Of a DNA stretch of 50,688 nt, positions 1 through 9,893 are shown piece after piece. The notes beneath the pieces are model-generated. The model was not told the DNA's origin, ran no database searches, and saw nothing but the letters and a program-made list of their open reading frames with translations. Each line of letters begins with the position of its first letter. The stretch's first letter is position 1. The stretch spans positions 1-50,688 of the forward strand of contig JAWXUT010000001.1 of the NCBI GenBank assembly GCA_044426075.1, read 5' to 3'. The stretch comes from Bacillota bacterium. Its GTDB lineage: Bacteria > Bacillota > Clostridia > Christensenellales > DTU072. The position numbers were made by a program, and so were the translations under genes.

Positions 1-60
1 ACCTCCGAAATTAATATTTTTAACCAAAACAGTGCATAACTTAATTCTACTGGAATTTAG

Positions 61-109
61 TGAAAAAGTAAACACCATTTTTTTGTCCACTGTGGAATTT
101 ACTTTTTCA
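61..109. repeat. 12-bp perfect inverted repeat (TGAAAAAGTAAA / TTTACTTTTTCA) separated by 25 nt, in the upstream region of the first gene
   Basis: Arm 61..72 is the exact reverse complement of arm 98..109. An inner TCCAC/GTGGA mini-palindrome is also present. No U-tract follows, so an operator or structural element is more likely than a terminator. Confidence 0.5.
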
Positions 110-173
110 TTTGACTAAAATAAAATATTTTAAATAAAGAACTTAATAATTATATACAAGAGTTGTTAAGTTG

Positions 174-182
174 TGTTATAAT
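174..182 (+). promoter_or_regulatory. Extended -10 promoter element (TGtTATAAT) for the AIR-synthase-like/yicC operon
   Basis: TGTTATAAT at 174..182, just upstream of the ATG at 190. There is no good -35. Confidence 0.35.
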
Positions 183-189
183 ATACTAT

Positions 190-1164
190 ATGAGAGTTGG
201 TAAGTTACTTAATAACGAATTAATTAAAGAAGTATTATCAAAAGTCACGCATTTCAGACCCGAAGTTGTGGTTGGTGCGGGGCTAGGTGAAGATTGTGCT
301 TCGCTATCAACAGATAAAATTATTTTAATATCCACTGACCCAATTACAGCAGAGGTTGCAGATATCGGCAGTTTGGCAATAACAGTTGCAACAAACGATA
401 TTTATGCAAGTGGCGGAGTACCAATGGCGCTATCATTGACAATATTGATGCCAACTTCCGCAACGGCTGAACAAGTGGGTGAGATAATGGAATGTGCAAA
501 CGCAAAAGCGGTTGAAATCGGGGCAGAAATTATCGGCGGTCACACTGAATTTACAGATGCAGTTGTGCGTCCAGTGGTTACAGTAACCGCGTTAGGGATA
601 GCAGAAAATCATTTGCAGACTACAAATTTAGTTGTGGGTGACAGCATTATAATAACCAAACATATCGCGTTAGAAGGCACAGCAATCCTTGCAACACAAT
701 ATGAAAATATGTTAAAAGATGTGTTAACTGAGCAAGAATTGTTATTCGCAAAAGGACTATCTAAAAAAACTAGCATAGCAAAAGACGCACGCATTGCCAC
801 AAGTTGTAAGGCACGCACAATGCACGATATCACCGAAGGCGGCATATATGGTGCACTAGCAGAAATTTGTCAAAGTTCTAGTTTGGGTGCTGAAATTAGC
901 GTTGATAGTATCCCAAAACTTGATATATCTCAAAAGATATGCAATCATCTTGGCATAAATATATATGGGCTGATATCTAGCGGAAGTTTATTAATAACTA
1001 CGCCCGACCCAGATGCAATTATAGCAAAGTGTAAAAATGAAGATATAAATGCAACGGTAATCGGCAAGATAGTTGCAACAAAAGGTGCATATGCACTACA
1101 AAATGAAAAACGAGAGTTGCTTTGTGTTAAGGCAGATGAGCTCTTTAAATTACTGGAGAAATAG
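190..1164 (+). CDS. AIR synthase-related protein (PurM/HypE/ThiL superfamily)
   Basis: ORF 163..1164. GLGEDCA near the N-terminus and IIGGHTE centrally are typical of the PurM-like fold. The ATG at 190 is preferred over the TTG at 163. Confidence 0.6.
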   Translation: MRVGKLLNNELIKEVLSKVTHFRPEVVVGAGLGEDCASLSTDKIILISTDPITAEVADIGSLAITVATNDIYASGGVPMALSLTILMPTSATAEQVGEIMECANAKAVEIGAEIIGGHTEFTDAVVRPVVTVTALGIAENHLQTTNLVVGDSIIITKHIALEGTAILATQYENMLKDVLTEQELLFAKGLSKKTSIAKDARIATSCKARTMHDITEGGIYGALAEICQSSSLGAEISVDSIPKLDISQKICNHLGINIYGLISSGSLLITTPDPDAIIAKCKNEDINATVIGKIVATKGAYALQNEKRELLCVKADELFKLLEK

Positions 1165-1165
1165 T

Positions 1166-2038
1166 ATGAACAGCATGACTGGCTACGGCAAAGGTGAAGC
1201 AGAATTAGGTGGCAGAAAAGCGACTGTTGAATTAAAATCTGTTAATCATAGGTTTTTAGACTTATCAATTAAGCTTCCACGCGGGTTTCAATTTGTTGAA
1301 GATAGTATAAAAAAAGCGATATCGGCTTCTTGTACAAGGGGACATATTGATGCTTATGTAAATTATGAGGATAACAGAGAAAGCAAAGCAGTAATCAGTA
1401 TAGATTATGACTTGGTTCAGCAATATATCAATGCATCATTACAACTTGCAGCAAAGGGATTTAGTGACAATTTAGGTGTTGCAGAAATATTAAAGGTTCC
1501 CGATGTTGTAAAGATTGTTGCAGATACTGACGACGAAAATGAAATTCAAAAGGTTGTGGTTGAAGCAGCACAGAAGGCGGTTGTGGCTCTTGTAAAAATG
1601 CGTGGCGCAGAGGGTGCACGATTAGTGGCAGACTTAAAATTGAAGCTAATTGATATACAAAACGGCGTTAATCGCATAGCAGTTCAAGCTCCAAATGTGC
1701 AAATTGAGCACAGAGAAAAGATGATTGAGCGCATACAAGAGGTGCTCGGTGATGTTACGTTAGACGAGCAAAAACTTGCAAATGAAGTGGCTTTTTATGC
1801 AGATAAATGCAATATAGATGAAGAAATAACAAGGCTCAACGGGCACATAGCGCATTACAACGAGATATTTTCTGCGGGTGGCGCAATGGGCAAAAAGCTT
1901 GATTTCTTGACGCAAGAAACAAACCGAGAAGTAAACACTATCGGCAGTAAATCCAATAACAGTATCATTACAAAAGAAGTATTGCTCCTTAAAAACATAG
2001 TAGAAATGATTAGGGAACAAGTGCAAAATATTGAGTAG
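1166..2038 (+). CDS. yicC: YicC family stress-induced protein
   Basis: MNSMTGYGKGE...VELKSVNHRFLD N-terminus and a C-terminal DFLTQETNREVNTIGSK motif. ATG at 1166 is preceded by GGAGAA. The ORF-track start at 1073 overlaps the upstream gene and is rejected. Confidence 0.85.
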   Translation: MNSMTGYGKGEAELGGRKATVELKSVNHRFLDLSIKLPRGFQFVEDSIKKAISASCTRGHIDAYVNYEDNRESKAVISIDYDLVQQYINASLQLAAKGFSDNLGVAEILKVPDVVKIVADTDDENEIQKVVVEAAQKAVVALVKMRGAEGARLVADLKLKLIDIQNGVNRIAVQAPNVQIEHREKMIERIQEVLGDVTLDEQKLANEVAFYADKCNIDEEITRLNGHIAHYNEIFSAGGAMGKKLDFLTQETNREVNTIGSKSNNSIITKEVLLLKNIVEMIREQVQNIE

Positions 2039-2053
2039 TCAAGGAGTAGCATC

Positions 2054-2668
2054 GTGGGCAGAAGAGGATTATTATTTGTATTATCAGGACCATCAGGCGC
2101 GGGTAAAGGCACGGTGTTAGACCGCGTCATACAAGTTGTGGATAACATTGCGGTGTCAACATCAGTCACCACGCGCGACCCTCGTCCAGGTGAAATAGAC
2201 GGACTACATTATTATTTCAAAACACAAGAAGAATTTGCAGATATGGTTCAAAATGATGAATTTTTAGAGTATGTTGCAAAATTCAAGAACAAATATGGCA
2301 CACCTAAAGCCCCAGTTCAAAAGCTATTGAATGACGGATACGATGTTGTGCTTGAAATTGAAACAAACGGGGCTGAAAATATTCGCAAGGTATTCCCAGA
2401 AGCGTGTTTCATATTTATAACACCAAGTAGCTATGCTGAACTTGCCCGCAGATTGAACACAAGGGGCACAGAAACAGAAGAGTCTAAGCAATTAAGGCTA
2501 AAAATAGCAAAGCGCGAGTATACTTGTATGAAGGATTATTCATATGTGAGTATCAATGATGATTTAGACGATTGCGTACAAAATGTAATCGGCATAATAA
2601 AAGCACAGCGATGTGCGCTAGCAAACAATCAAGAATTAGTAGAAAATTTTTTCACATTAAACAGTTAA
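2054..2668 (+). CDS. gmk: Guanylate kinase
   Basis: P-loop SGPSGAGKGT. GTG start 7 nt after AAGGAG (2041..2046). Conserved yicC-gmk-rpoZ context. Confidence 0.9.
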   Translation: MGRRGLLFVLSGPSGAGKGTVLDRVIQVVDNIAVSTSVTTRDPRPGEIDGLHYYFKTQEEFADMVQNDEFLEYVAKFKNKYGTPKAPVQKLLNDGYDVVLEIETNGAENIRKVFPEACFIFITPSSYAELARRLNTRGTETEESKQLRLKIAKREYTCMKDYSYVSINDDLDDCVQNVIGIIKAQRCALANNQELVENFFTLNS

Positions 2669-2684
2669 AGGAGACTGAAACATT

Positions 2685-2876
2685 ATGATGATAGATCCAC
2701 CAATCGACAAACTAGTACAAAAGGCACCTTGCCGTTACGCATTAGTAGTAGCAGTTGCAAAAAGAACCAAAGAAATTTTGGCTCTTGAAGACAGCGAACA
2801 ACTTACAAACGGAGAAAAAGCGGTTTCATTTGCAGCAAAAGAAATCTATAACGGTGATATAAAAATTATACTTTAG
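2685..2876 (+). CDS. rpoZ: DNA-directed RNA polymerase subunit omega
   Basis: 63 aa with IDKLV...RYALVVAVAKRTKEI, a typical omega sequence. Sits between gmk and coaBC. Confidence 0.85.
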   Translation: MMIDPPIDKLVQKAPCRYALVVAVAKRTKEILALEDSEQLTNGEKAVSFAAKEIYNGDIKIIL

Positions 2877-2880
2877 TAGT

Positions 2881-4056
2881 ATGAAACGCACTGTTATATT
2901 GGGGATAACTGGTGGAATAGCTAGTTATAAGGCGTGCGAAATAGTCAGCAGACTTAAAAAGCTGAACTATAAAGTGCGCGTAATAATGACGCAGAACGCC
3001 ACCGAGTTTATCACCCCGCTTACATTAGAAACTCTCAGTGAACACCGAGTTGTAACAGATATGTTTGACAAAGAGCGTTCATATGAGGTTGAGCACATCA
3101 GTTATGCAAAGCTTGCTGATGCTTTTGTGATTGCGCCAGCAACGGCAAATGTAATTGCAAAAATAGCAGAAGGCATAGCAGATGATATGTTGACCACCAC
3201 AATAATGGCAACAAAAGCGCCAATAATAATCGCCCCCGCAATGAACACAAATATGTTTAACAGTGAGGCGTGCCAAAAAAATATGGCAATATTAAAAGAG
3301 CGTGGATGTATTTTTATAGAGCCAATTGAGGGTCTACTTGCTTGCGGTGATGTTGGCAAAGGTAAAATGGCAGAGCCCGAAAATATAGTTCAGTGTATTG
3401 ATAATATGCTAACACCTTGCCCTGATTTTAGGGGCAAAAGGGTGCTAATTACAGCGGGAGCAACAAAAGAGCCAATTGATGGAGTTAGATATATAACAAA
3501 CCACAGTAGCGGAAAAATGGGTGTAGCGCTTGCAGAGTGTGCACTTAATCGTGGGGCAGAAGTCACAATGGTGGTTGGTAGCGTAAGCGTGCCACTTCCA
3601 GAAGGTGCAAATATAGTAAAAATAAGCACCACTCAAGATATGTTCCAAGCAGTTATGGACAATTTGGGTGATAGTGAGGTTATAATAAAGGCGGCAGCCC
3701 CCGCAGATTACAAGGTGAAAAATTATTCACCACTAAAGATAAAATCAGAAAATTTAACGCTAGAATTAGTTAAAAATCCCGATATTGCGCGAGCAGTTGG
3801 GGCTAAAAAAGGCGATAAAAAGTTAGTTGTGTTCGCAGCAGAAACACACGAACTTATGGAAAATGCGCACCGCAAATTGCAGTCGAAAAATGCCGATTTA
3901 ATTGTGGCAAATGACGTGACTCAAGAGGGTGCAGGGTTCAATGTAGATACAAACATAGCCACGCTAATTACTAGCGACGGCAGAATAACAGCGCTAGAAA
4001 AGATGTCAAAAGTAGAACTTGCGGACATTATACTAGACACCATAGCAGAGCTTTAA
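2881..4056 (+). CDS. coaBC: Bifunctional phosphopantothenoylcysteine decarboxylase / phosphopantothenate-cysteine ligase
   Basis: N-terminal flavoprotein motif GITGGIASYKA and C-terminal CoaB motif ITAGATKEPIDGVRYITNHSSGKMG. Confidence 0.9.
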   Translation: MKRTVILGITGGIASYKACEIVSRLKKLNYKVRVIMTQNATEFITPLTLETLSEHRVVTDMFDKERSYEVEHISYAKLADAFVIAPATANVIAKIAEGIADDMLTTTIMATKAPIIIAPAMNTNMFNSEACQKNMAILKERGCIFIEPIEGLLACGDVGKGKMAEPENIVQCIDNMLTPCPDFRGKRVLITAGATKEPIDGVRYITNHSSGKMGVALAECALNRGAEVTMVVGSVSVPLPEGANIVKISTTQDMFQAVMDNLGDSEVIIKAAAPADYKVKNYSPLKIKSENLTLELVKNPDIARAVGAKKGDKKLVVFAAETHELMENAHRKLQSKNADLIVANDVTQEGAGFNVDTNIATLITSDGRITALEKMSKVELADIILDTIAEL

Positions 4057-6236
4057 TGATATACCAAGTAATAGTTGATATTAGTAATTCCGAAGTGGAT
4101 AAAGTATTTGACTACAGTAGCGCCACGCCAATTGCGGTTGGAAGTAGGGTGCTAGTGCCATTTGGTCATAGGCAAATTGAGGGCTTTGTGATGGGAACAA
4201 AAACCGAAAGTCATCGTGAAACCAAAGATATTATTAAGGTTTTAGATGACTTTACTGCTATATCCCCCGAAATGATAGCGCTAGCAAACCACTTAAAAAC
4301 AGTCAATTTACGATACATTGATTCGCTTAGGTTGTTTATCCCTAGCAAGTTGAGGGGTGGCAGAATAAAGGTTCTCAAAAAGAATTATCTTACAATTAAT
4401 AGGGATATTAGTGTAGAAGATATGCTGCTATCCATAAAAGCAAACGCAGTTGCGCAGCGCGGAATTATAGCAAGGCTCAGTGAAGTTGACGGCGAATATG
4501 AGTCAACTATTAACAGCGAATTTAATGCGGGAGCTACAAAAAAGCTCATCGAAATGGGCTATATAATAAGCGAATCCATTGAAGTTGGGCGTGTGCCATA
4601 TAGCATTAATATAGAAAAGAAACACATTGTTTTAACAGAAGATCAACAAAATGCGGTTGACACCATAGTAAATGGCGACAAAATGACGCATCTTTTGCAC
4701 GGTGTTACGGGTTCTGGCAAAACAGAAGTTTATATGACTATTATTGAACAGATGTTGCAAAGCGGTAAAACTGCAATAATGTTGGTGCCAGAAATTTCAC
4801 TTACACCGCAGATGTTGGGCGTATTTAGAAATAGGTTCCACAATCAAGTTAGTTTACTGCATAGTGGATTATCAGACGGCGAGCGATTTGATGAGTGGCG
4901 TAGGCTACAACGCGGAGAAAGCAAGGTTGCACTTGGTGCGCGTTCTGCAATATTTGCACCAGTACAAAATGTGGGTGCTATTATTATAGATGAAGAGCAC
5001 GACAGCAGTTATGTAAGCGAAAGCAATCCCAGATATTTTACGGTAGATGTGGCAAGTTTTAGGGCAAAGTACAATAGTGCAAAGCTAATACTTGGCAGTG
5101 CAACACCTTCAGTTGACACATATAATAGTGCAGTTAAGGGTGAATACAATCTTGTAAAGCTAGAAAATAGAGTCAATAAACGCGCTATGCCAACAATTGA
5201 TGTGGTTGATATGAGAAGCGAACTTAGGCAAGGCAACTTCTCAATTTTTAGCAAAGAGTTGTTGCGTGCAATTGAGAGCACCTTAGCGGATAAAAATCAA
5301 ATTATGATATATTTAAACCGCAGAGGATACGCTTCATTCTTGCGATGCAAAAGTTGTGGTTGGGTTGCAAAGTGCCCCGATTGCGATGTGTCACTTACAT
5401 ATCATAAGGAAGAAAATAGACTAAAATGCCACTACTGTGGCAAGCAGTTTAATGCAATAGATGATTGCCCAATATGCGGATTTAAGGGACTTAAAGAGGG
5501 CAAAGTGGGTACCGAAAAGGTGGTAAGTGAGATTGCAAGGTTGTTCCCTGAAGCACGGGTGTTGCGTATGGATAATGACACTACAAATACAAAATCCAGC
5601 TATATAGATATATTGCAAGCCTTTAGCAGCGGCGATGCGGATATTTTAGTTGGCACGCAAATGATAGCCAAAGGGCATGACTTTAAAAATGTAACGCTAG
5701 TTGGTATATTAGATGCAGACCTATCACTTTACTTTACGGACTATAGAAGTAATGAGCGCACTTTTCAGTTGATAACGCAAGTTGCGGGTAGAGCGGGCAG
5801 AGAGCAAAAGAGCGGAAGAGTTGTTATGCAGACAAGTAATCCCAAGCACTTTGTGTTCGACTATGCAAAGCGATATGATTATGTTGGATTTTTTGAAAAA
5901 GAAATCAACACGCGCGAAGTTACTAAGTTTCCGCCATTTACAAAAATTGTGCGTATCTTGCTTGTATCAAAAGATGATGACAAAGTTATGGTGGCAACGC
6001 GTGAAATGTATGAGCGATTAAACAAGGTTCGCAACAAGTATGGCAATGCAATAATACGTATGCAACCTATGCGGGCGCCAATCAAGCGTATGCAAACTAA
6101 CTATAGATTCCAAATAGTAATATGGTTGAATGTAGATATCCCGCAAGAAGTTATGGATGCGATTTATAATGAAGCACGTGCAACAAACAAAGATGTGTCA
6201 AGTTTTGTGGAGATAAATCCACAACATATGATGTAA
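4056..6236 (+). CDS. priA: Primosomal protein N' (replication restart helicase PriA)
   Basis: Walker A GVTGSGKTEVY, an IIDEEHD box, and a Cys-rich zinc module (CKSCG...CPDCD...CHYCG...CPICG). TAATG overlap with the coaBC stop. Confidence 0.92.
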   Translation: MIYQVIVDISNSEVDKVFDYSSATPIAVGSRVLVPFGHRQIEGFVMGTKTESHRETKDIIKVLDDFTAISPEMIALANHLKTVNLRYIDSLRLFIPSKLRGGRIKVLKKNYLTINRDISVEDMLLSIKANAVAQRGIIARLSEVDGEYESTINSEFNAGATKKLIEMGYIISESIEVGRVPYSINIEKKHIVLTEDQQNAVDTIVNGDKMTHLLHGVTGSGKTEVYMTIIEQMLQSGKTAIMLVPEISLTPQMLGVFRNRFHNQVSLLHSGLSDGERFDEWRRLQRGESKVALGARSAIFAPVQNVGAIIIDEEHDSSYVSESNPRYFTVDVASFRAKYNSAKLILGSATPSVDTYNSAVKGEYNLVKLENRVNKRAMPTIDVVDMRSELRQGNFSIFSKELLRAIESTLADKNQIMIYLNRRGYASFLRCKSCGWVAKCPDCDVSLTYHKEENRLKCHYCGKQFNAIDDCPICGFKGLKEGKVGTEKVVSEIARLFPEARVLRMDNDTTNTKSSYIDILQAFSSGDADILVGTQMIAKGHDFKNVTLVGILDADLSLYFTDYRSNERTFQLITQVAGRAGREQKSGRVVMQTSNPKHFVFDYAKRYDYVGFFEKEINTREVTKFPPFTKIVRILLVSKDDDKVMVATREMYERLNKVRNKYGNAIIRMQPMRAPIKRMQTNYRFQIVIWLNVDIPQEVMDAIYNEARATNKDVSSFVEINPQHMM

Positions 6237-6254
6237 ATACAACGGAGGCAAGTT

Positions 6255-6707
6255 ATGGCAATAAGAAATATAACAAAAGAAGGCGACGCCGTATTGAGAA
6301 AAAATGCGCGTATTGTGACCAGTTTTGATGCAAGATTGGGCATTTTGCTAGATGATATGAAAGAAACTATGTTCAAGGCAGACGGTTGTGGCATAGCAGC
6401 TCAACAAGTTGGAATATTGAAGAGCGCGGTGTTAGTTTATCATGAAGAAAAACTATACGAATTAATCAATCCAATTATAAGTGAAACCGAAGGTGAAGAG
6501 GTTGCAGTTGAGGGTTGTTTATCTGTTAGTGCTGAAAAGAACTGTGCAGTAAAAAGGCCAACAAAGTTAAAGGTTAATTATCAAGACAGAACGGGCACCC
6601 CTATTGAAATGATAGCAGAAGGCTGGCTTGCACGTATAATATGCCACGAATGTGATCACTTGCAAGGCAAGTTGTTTATAGATAGAAAGGTAGAGGGTGG
6701 TAAATGA
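6255..6707 (+). CDS. def: Peptide deformylase
   Basis: All three PDF motifs are present: GCGIAAQQVG, EGCLS, HECDHLQG. Confidence 0.92.
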   Translation: MAIRNITKEGDAVLRKNARIVTSFDARLGILLDDMKETMFKADGCGIAAQQVGILKSAVLVYHEEKLYELINPIISETEGEEVAVEGCLSVSAEKNCAVKRPTKLKVNYQDRTGTPIEMIAEGWLARIICHECDHLQGKLFIDRKVEGGK

Positions 6708-7630
6708 GAGTAATATTTTTAGGCACACCCGATTTTGCAGTACCAGTATTGCAGAAAATATTAGGCAGTGCGCACGAAGTTGTGGCGGTTGTAACGCAGC
6801 CGGACAAAGCTAGCGGACGCAAGAAGAAATTGCAAGCTCCACCAGTAAAAGTTTGCGCAGAAGATGCGGGATTAAAGGTGTTGCAATACGACAAAATAAG
6901 TAAAGAAGGTGTTGCGGAACTTACAGCATTAAACGCAGATATAATGGTAACTGCGGCATATGGTCAAATTTTAAGTGATGAAATTTTGGGTTTATGCAAG
7001 CACGGAGTTATCAATGCACACGGCTCAATATTGCCAAAGTATCGCGGAGCATCTCCCGTACAATGTGCGTTGCTTGCGGGTGAAGAAGTTGTTGGCGTAA
7101 CGGTTATGCAAACAGCAAAAGCGGTTGATAGTGGGGATATTATTTTAACAAAAAGTATCCAACTAGACGGCACAGAAAATATAGCAGAGTGTATGGCAAA
7201 GCTTGCAGTTGTGGGTGGCGAAGGTATAGTGGAAGCGCTTGATAGTATAGAAGCGGGCACTGCAATCTTCACTGAACAGAACCATAATGAAGCAACATTT
7301 TGCAGTAAATTCAGCAAAGAAGACGGGCAATTAGACTTCACAAAAACCTCAAAAGAGCTTGTGAATTTTGTACGAGGGATGAATCCTTGGCCATCAGCTT
7401 TTTGTGGCACTCCAAATGGCAAGATTAAAGTTTTGCGTGCGGTTCAAATTGAATATAGCGGCAAAGAGGAGTGTGGCACAGTGGTGTTATCCGACAAAAA
7501 AACAGTTGCAATAAAAACAGCGGATTCCGCTTTAAGCATATTAGAACTACAAGGTGAAGGCGCAAAGGCTATGGATATAGCATCATATTTGCGCGGCAAA
7601 ACAATAGAAAAAGGAACAATGTGGGAATGA
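6704..7630 (+). CDS. fmt: Methionyl-tRNA formyltransferase
   Basis: MRVIFLGTPDFAVP N-terminus and HGSILPKYRGASP motif. 4-nt overlap with def. Confidence 0.92.
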   Translation: MRVIFLGTPDFAVPVLQKILGSAHEVVAVVTQPDKASGRKKKLQAPPVKVCAEDAGLKVLQYDKISKEGVAELTALNADIMVTAAYGQILSDEILGLCKHGVINAHGSILPKYRGASPVQCALLAGEEVVGVTVMQTAKAVDSGDIILTKSIQLDGTENIAECMAKLAVVGGEGIVEALDSIEAGTAIFTEQNHNEATFCSKFSKEDGQLDFTKTSKELVNFVRGMNPWPSAFCGTPNGKIKVLRAVQIEYSGKEECGTVVLSDKKTVAIKTADSALSILELQGEGAKAMDIASYLRGKTIEKGTMWE

Positions 7631-8859
7631 GTTATTTAAAAGAAAGCCACGAAGTATTGATGGACATAGTTGCAAATGAAGCATATATAAATATCGCTAT
7701 GCAAAAAATCAACGACGGAATTGATAGGGCGCTAGTTACAAAAATAGTATATGGCACAATTGAACATTATTTTGAATGCGAATATATATTGCATCAACTA
7801 ATACAAAATATGCCCCGCCCCGCAATAAAGGTTGTTATGTTGCAAGCAACGTACGCATTGCTTCATTTAAATGTGCCACAATATGCAATAGTAAATGAAA
7901 GCGTCAGTTTAGTTGAAGAATTGGGCAAAAAACAACAAAAAGGTTTCGTAAATGCGATACTAAAAAAGATTTGTCGCAAAGAATTTACTATGCCTAAAAA
8001 GGGCGAACCAAGGTATTTAGAAGTTAAATACAACTTGCCACAATGGCTAATAAATGAGGTAAGAAGGGTGTATCCTGCACAATATGACAAAATTTTGTCG
8101 GCAGAACCTCGCATTGAAGAGCACATCAGATTGTCTTCAAAAATGGATAGCGAAAAGTTTTTAAAACTTTCTCCCGATGCCGAAGAAACATTAACTGGAT
8201 ACTTCACAAGAAATATTGAAAGCGTTAAAAACCTATATGAACGTGGTATGCTAACCTATCAATCGTTGACATCAACATTTGCAATTAAGGCTATGGGCGA
8301 CGTTTTGGGTAAAAGTATGCTAGATGTGTGTTCTGCACCAGGTGGCAAAGCGGTTTATGCTGCAGAGCTTGGCGCAAGTGTAGTTGCGTGCGATGTTCAC
8401 CCCCACAGAGTAGAACTCATTAAGGGCTATGCAAAGCGTATGGATACATTTGTAAACGCTGTTGTAAAAGACGGCACCGCATACAAAAAGGAATGGGCAG
8501 AAAAGTTTGATGTTGTGTTAATTGACGCACCTTGTTCTGGTTTAGGCGTGCTTACTAAAAGGCGTGATATTGCACTAAAGCGCTCTTTGGGTGACATAAG
8601 TAGCCTTGTTGGGATACAAAAGCGTCTACTTAGTGTAGCAAGCAAGTATGTTAAAAAGGGCGGAATATTGATTTATTCCACTTGTACAATTCTTCCACAA
8701 GAAAACAAAAATGTGGTGAGCGAGTTTTTGGCTAGCAGCGAAATTGCATTCCAGTTAGATACAATTCCATTGCCATATGACAACAGCGGAGAAATACAGT
8801 TTTTGCCAAATAACGAGGGCTTAGACGGTTTCTATATAGCGCGACTAAAGAGGATATAA
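7627..8859 (+). CDS. rsmB: 16S rRNA (cytosine-C5)-methyltransferase RsmB (NusB-like N-domain + SAM methyltransferase)
   Basis: DAPCSG and YSTCT motifs. The ATG at 7627 forms an ATGA overlap with the fmt stop. The ORF-track GTG at 7621 is an alternative start. Confidence 0.85.
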   Translation: MSYLKESHEVLMDIVANEAYINIAMQKINDGIDRALVTKIVYGTIEHYFECEYILHQLIQNMPRPAIKVVMLQATYALLHLNVPQYAIVNESVSLVEELGKKQQKGFVNAILKKICRKEFTMPKKGEPRYLEVKYNLPQWLINEVRRVYPAQYDKILSAEPRIEEHIRLSSKMDSEKFLKLSPDAEETLTGYFTRNIESVKNLYERGMLTYQSLTSTFAIKAMGDVLGKSMLDVCSAPGGKAVYAAELGASVVACDVHPHRVELIKGYAKRMDTFVNAVVKDGTAYKKEWAEKFDVVLIDAPCSGLGVLTKRRDIALKRSLGDISSLVGIQKRLLSVASKYVKKGGILIYSTCTILPQENKNVVSEFLASSEIAFQLDTIPLPYDNSGEIQFLPNNEGLDGFYIARLKRI

Positions 8860-9893
8860 TGATAAGTTTACAAGAGTTTTCACTTGCAGAATTAACCGAA
8901 AAGGTGTTGGAAATGAAGCTTCCCAAATTTAGGGCAAAGCAACTTTTTGATATGGCGGTTAGAAATAAAGAGTACAGCGAAGCAACCAATCTTCCCAAAG
9001 CAATGGTGGAAGCGGTGTCAGCGGAGTATGCGGCAACAGCGGTTAAAGTGTACAAGGAATTTTGCAGTAAAGACGGCACAAAAAAATATCTATATGAACT
9101 GTCAGACGGCAACATAATTGAGGGCGTTTATATGCCACACGGATATGGTGACACATTGTGTGTATCAACGCAAGTTGGTTGCAGAATGGGTTGTCAGTTT
9201 TGCGCAAGTGGAATAGGTGGGCTAGTTAGAAATCTTACTGCGGGAGAAATTTTGGGGCAAGTGTTGCTTGCAAATAGGTTAAATGGAGGCACTCCAGAAA
9301 AGCGCGCAGTTACAAATGTAGTGCTTATGGGCAGTGGTGAGCCACTTGATAATTATGACAATGTAATTAAATTTTTACAGTTGGTTTCTGCACCAGAAGG
9401 CATAAATATCAGCCTAAGAAATGTGTCATTATCAACTGTTGGTATAGTGGATAAGATGCGTGAGCTTGCAAACAGTGGGCTAGCCGTTACAATGACAATT
9501 TCTTTACACGCACCAACCAATGATAAAAGAAAACAGCTTATTCCTATGAATGCAAAATACAATGTAATTGCAATAATGAGTGCGGCTAAATATTATTTTG
9601 AGAAGACGCGCCGTAGGCTTATATTTGAATATGCAATGGTTGACGGCGTTAATAGTGATGAAGAAAGCGCGTTAGAACTTGTAAAGTTAGTGCGCGGTGT
9701 GTGTTGTCACATAAACCTAATTAGGCTAAATTATGTAAAAGAAAAAGGGCTACCTCCAGCAGACCGCGACACCGTTGCAAGGTTTGTTGAAGTGTTGGAA
9801 GAAAACAATGTTTCGGTAACCATAAGGCGTAGTATGGGTAGCGATATTGACGGAGCGTGTGGACAATTGCGCCGTAAACATATAGGGGGCTAA
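8859..9893 (+). CDS. rlmN: 23S rRNA/tRNA (adenine-C2)-methyltransferase RlmN (radical SAM)
   Basis: Radical-SAM cluster CRMGCQFCASG and a C-terminal DIDGACGQL motif. 1-nt overlap with rsmB. Confidence 0.9.
   Translation: MISLQEFSLAELTEKVLEMKLPKFRAKQLFDMAVRNKEYSEATNLPKAMVEAVSAEYAATAVKVYKEFCSKDGTKKYLYELSDGNIIEGVYMPHGYGDTLCVSTQVGCRMGCQFCASGIGGLVRNLTAGEILGQVLLANRLNGGTPEKRAVTNVVLMGSGEPLDNYDNVIKFLQLVSAPEGINISLRNVSLSTVGIVDKMRELANSGLAVTMTISLHAPTNDKRKQLIPMNAKYNVIAIMSAAKYYFEKTRRRLIFEYAMVDGVNSDEESALELVKLVRGVCCHINLIRLNYVKEKGLPPADRDTVARFVEVLEENNVSVTIRRSMGSDIDGACGQLRRKHIGG

Noticed and set aside
1073-1165. Longer N-terminal extension of YicC (ORF-track start 1073), and the TTG at 163 for the first gene
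   Set aside because: The extension overlaps the upstream gene by 92 nt. The canonical YicC N-terminus MNSMTGYG begins at the ATG at 1166, which has its own SD. The TTG at 163 would place the promoter inside the ORF.
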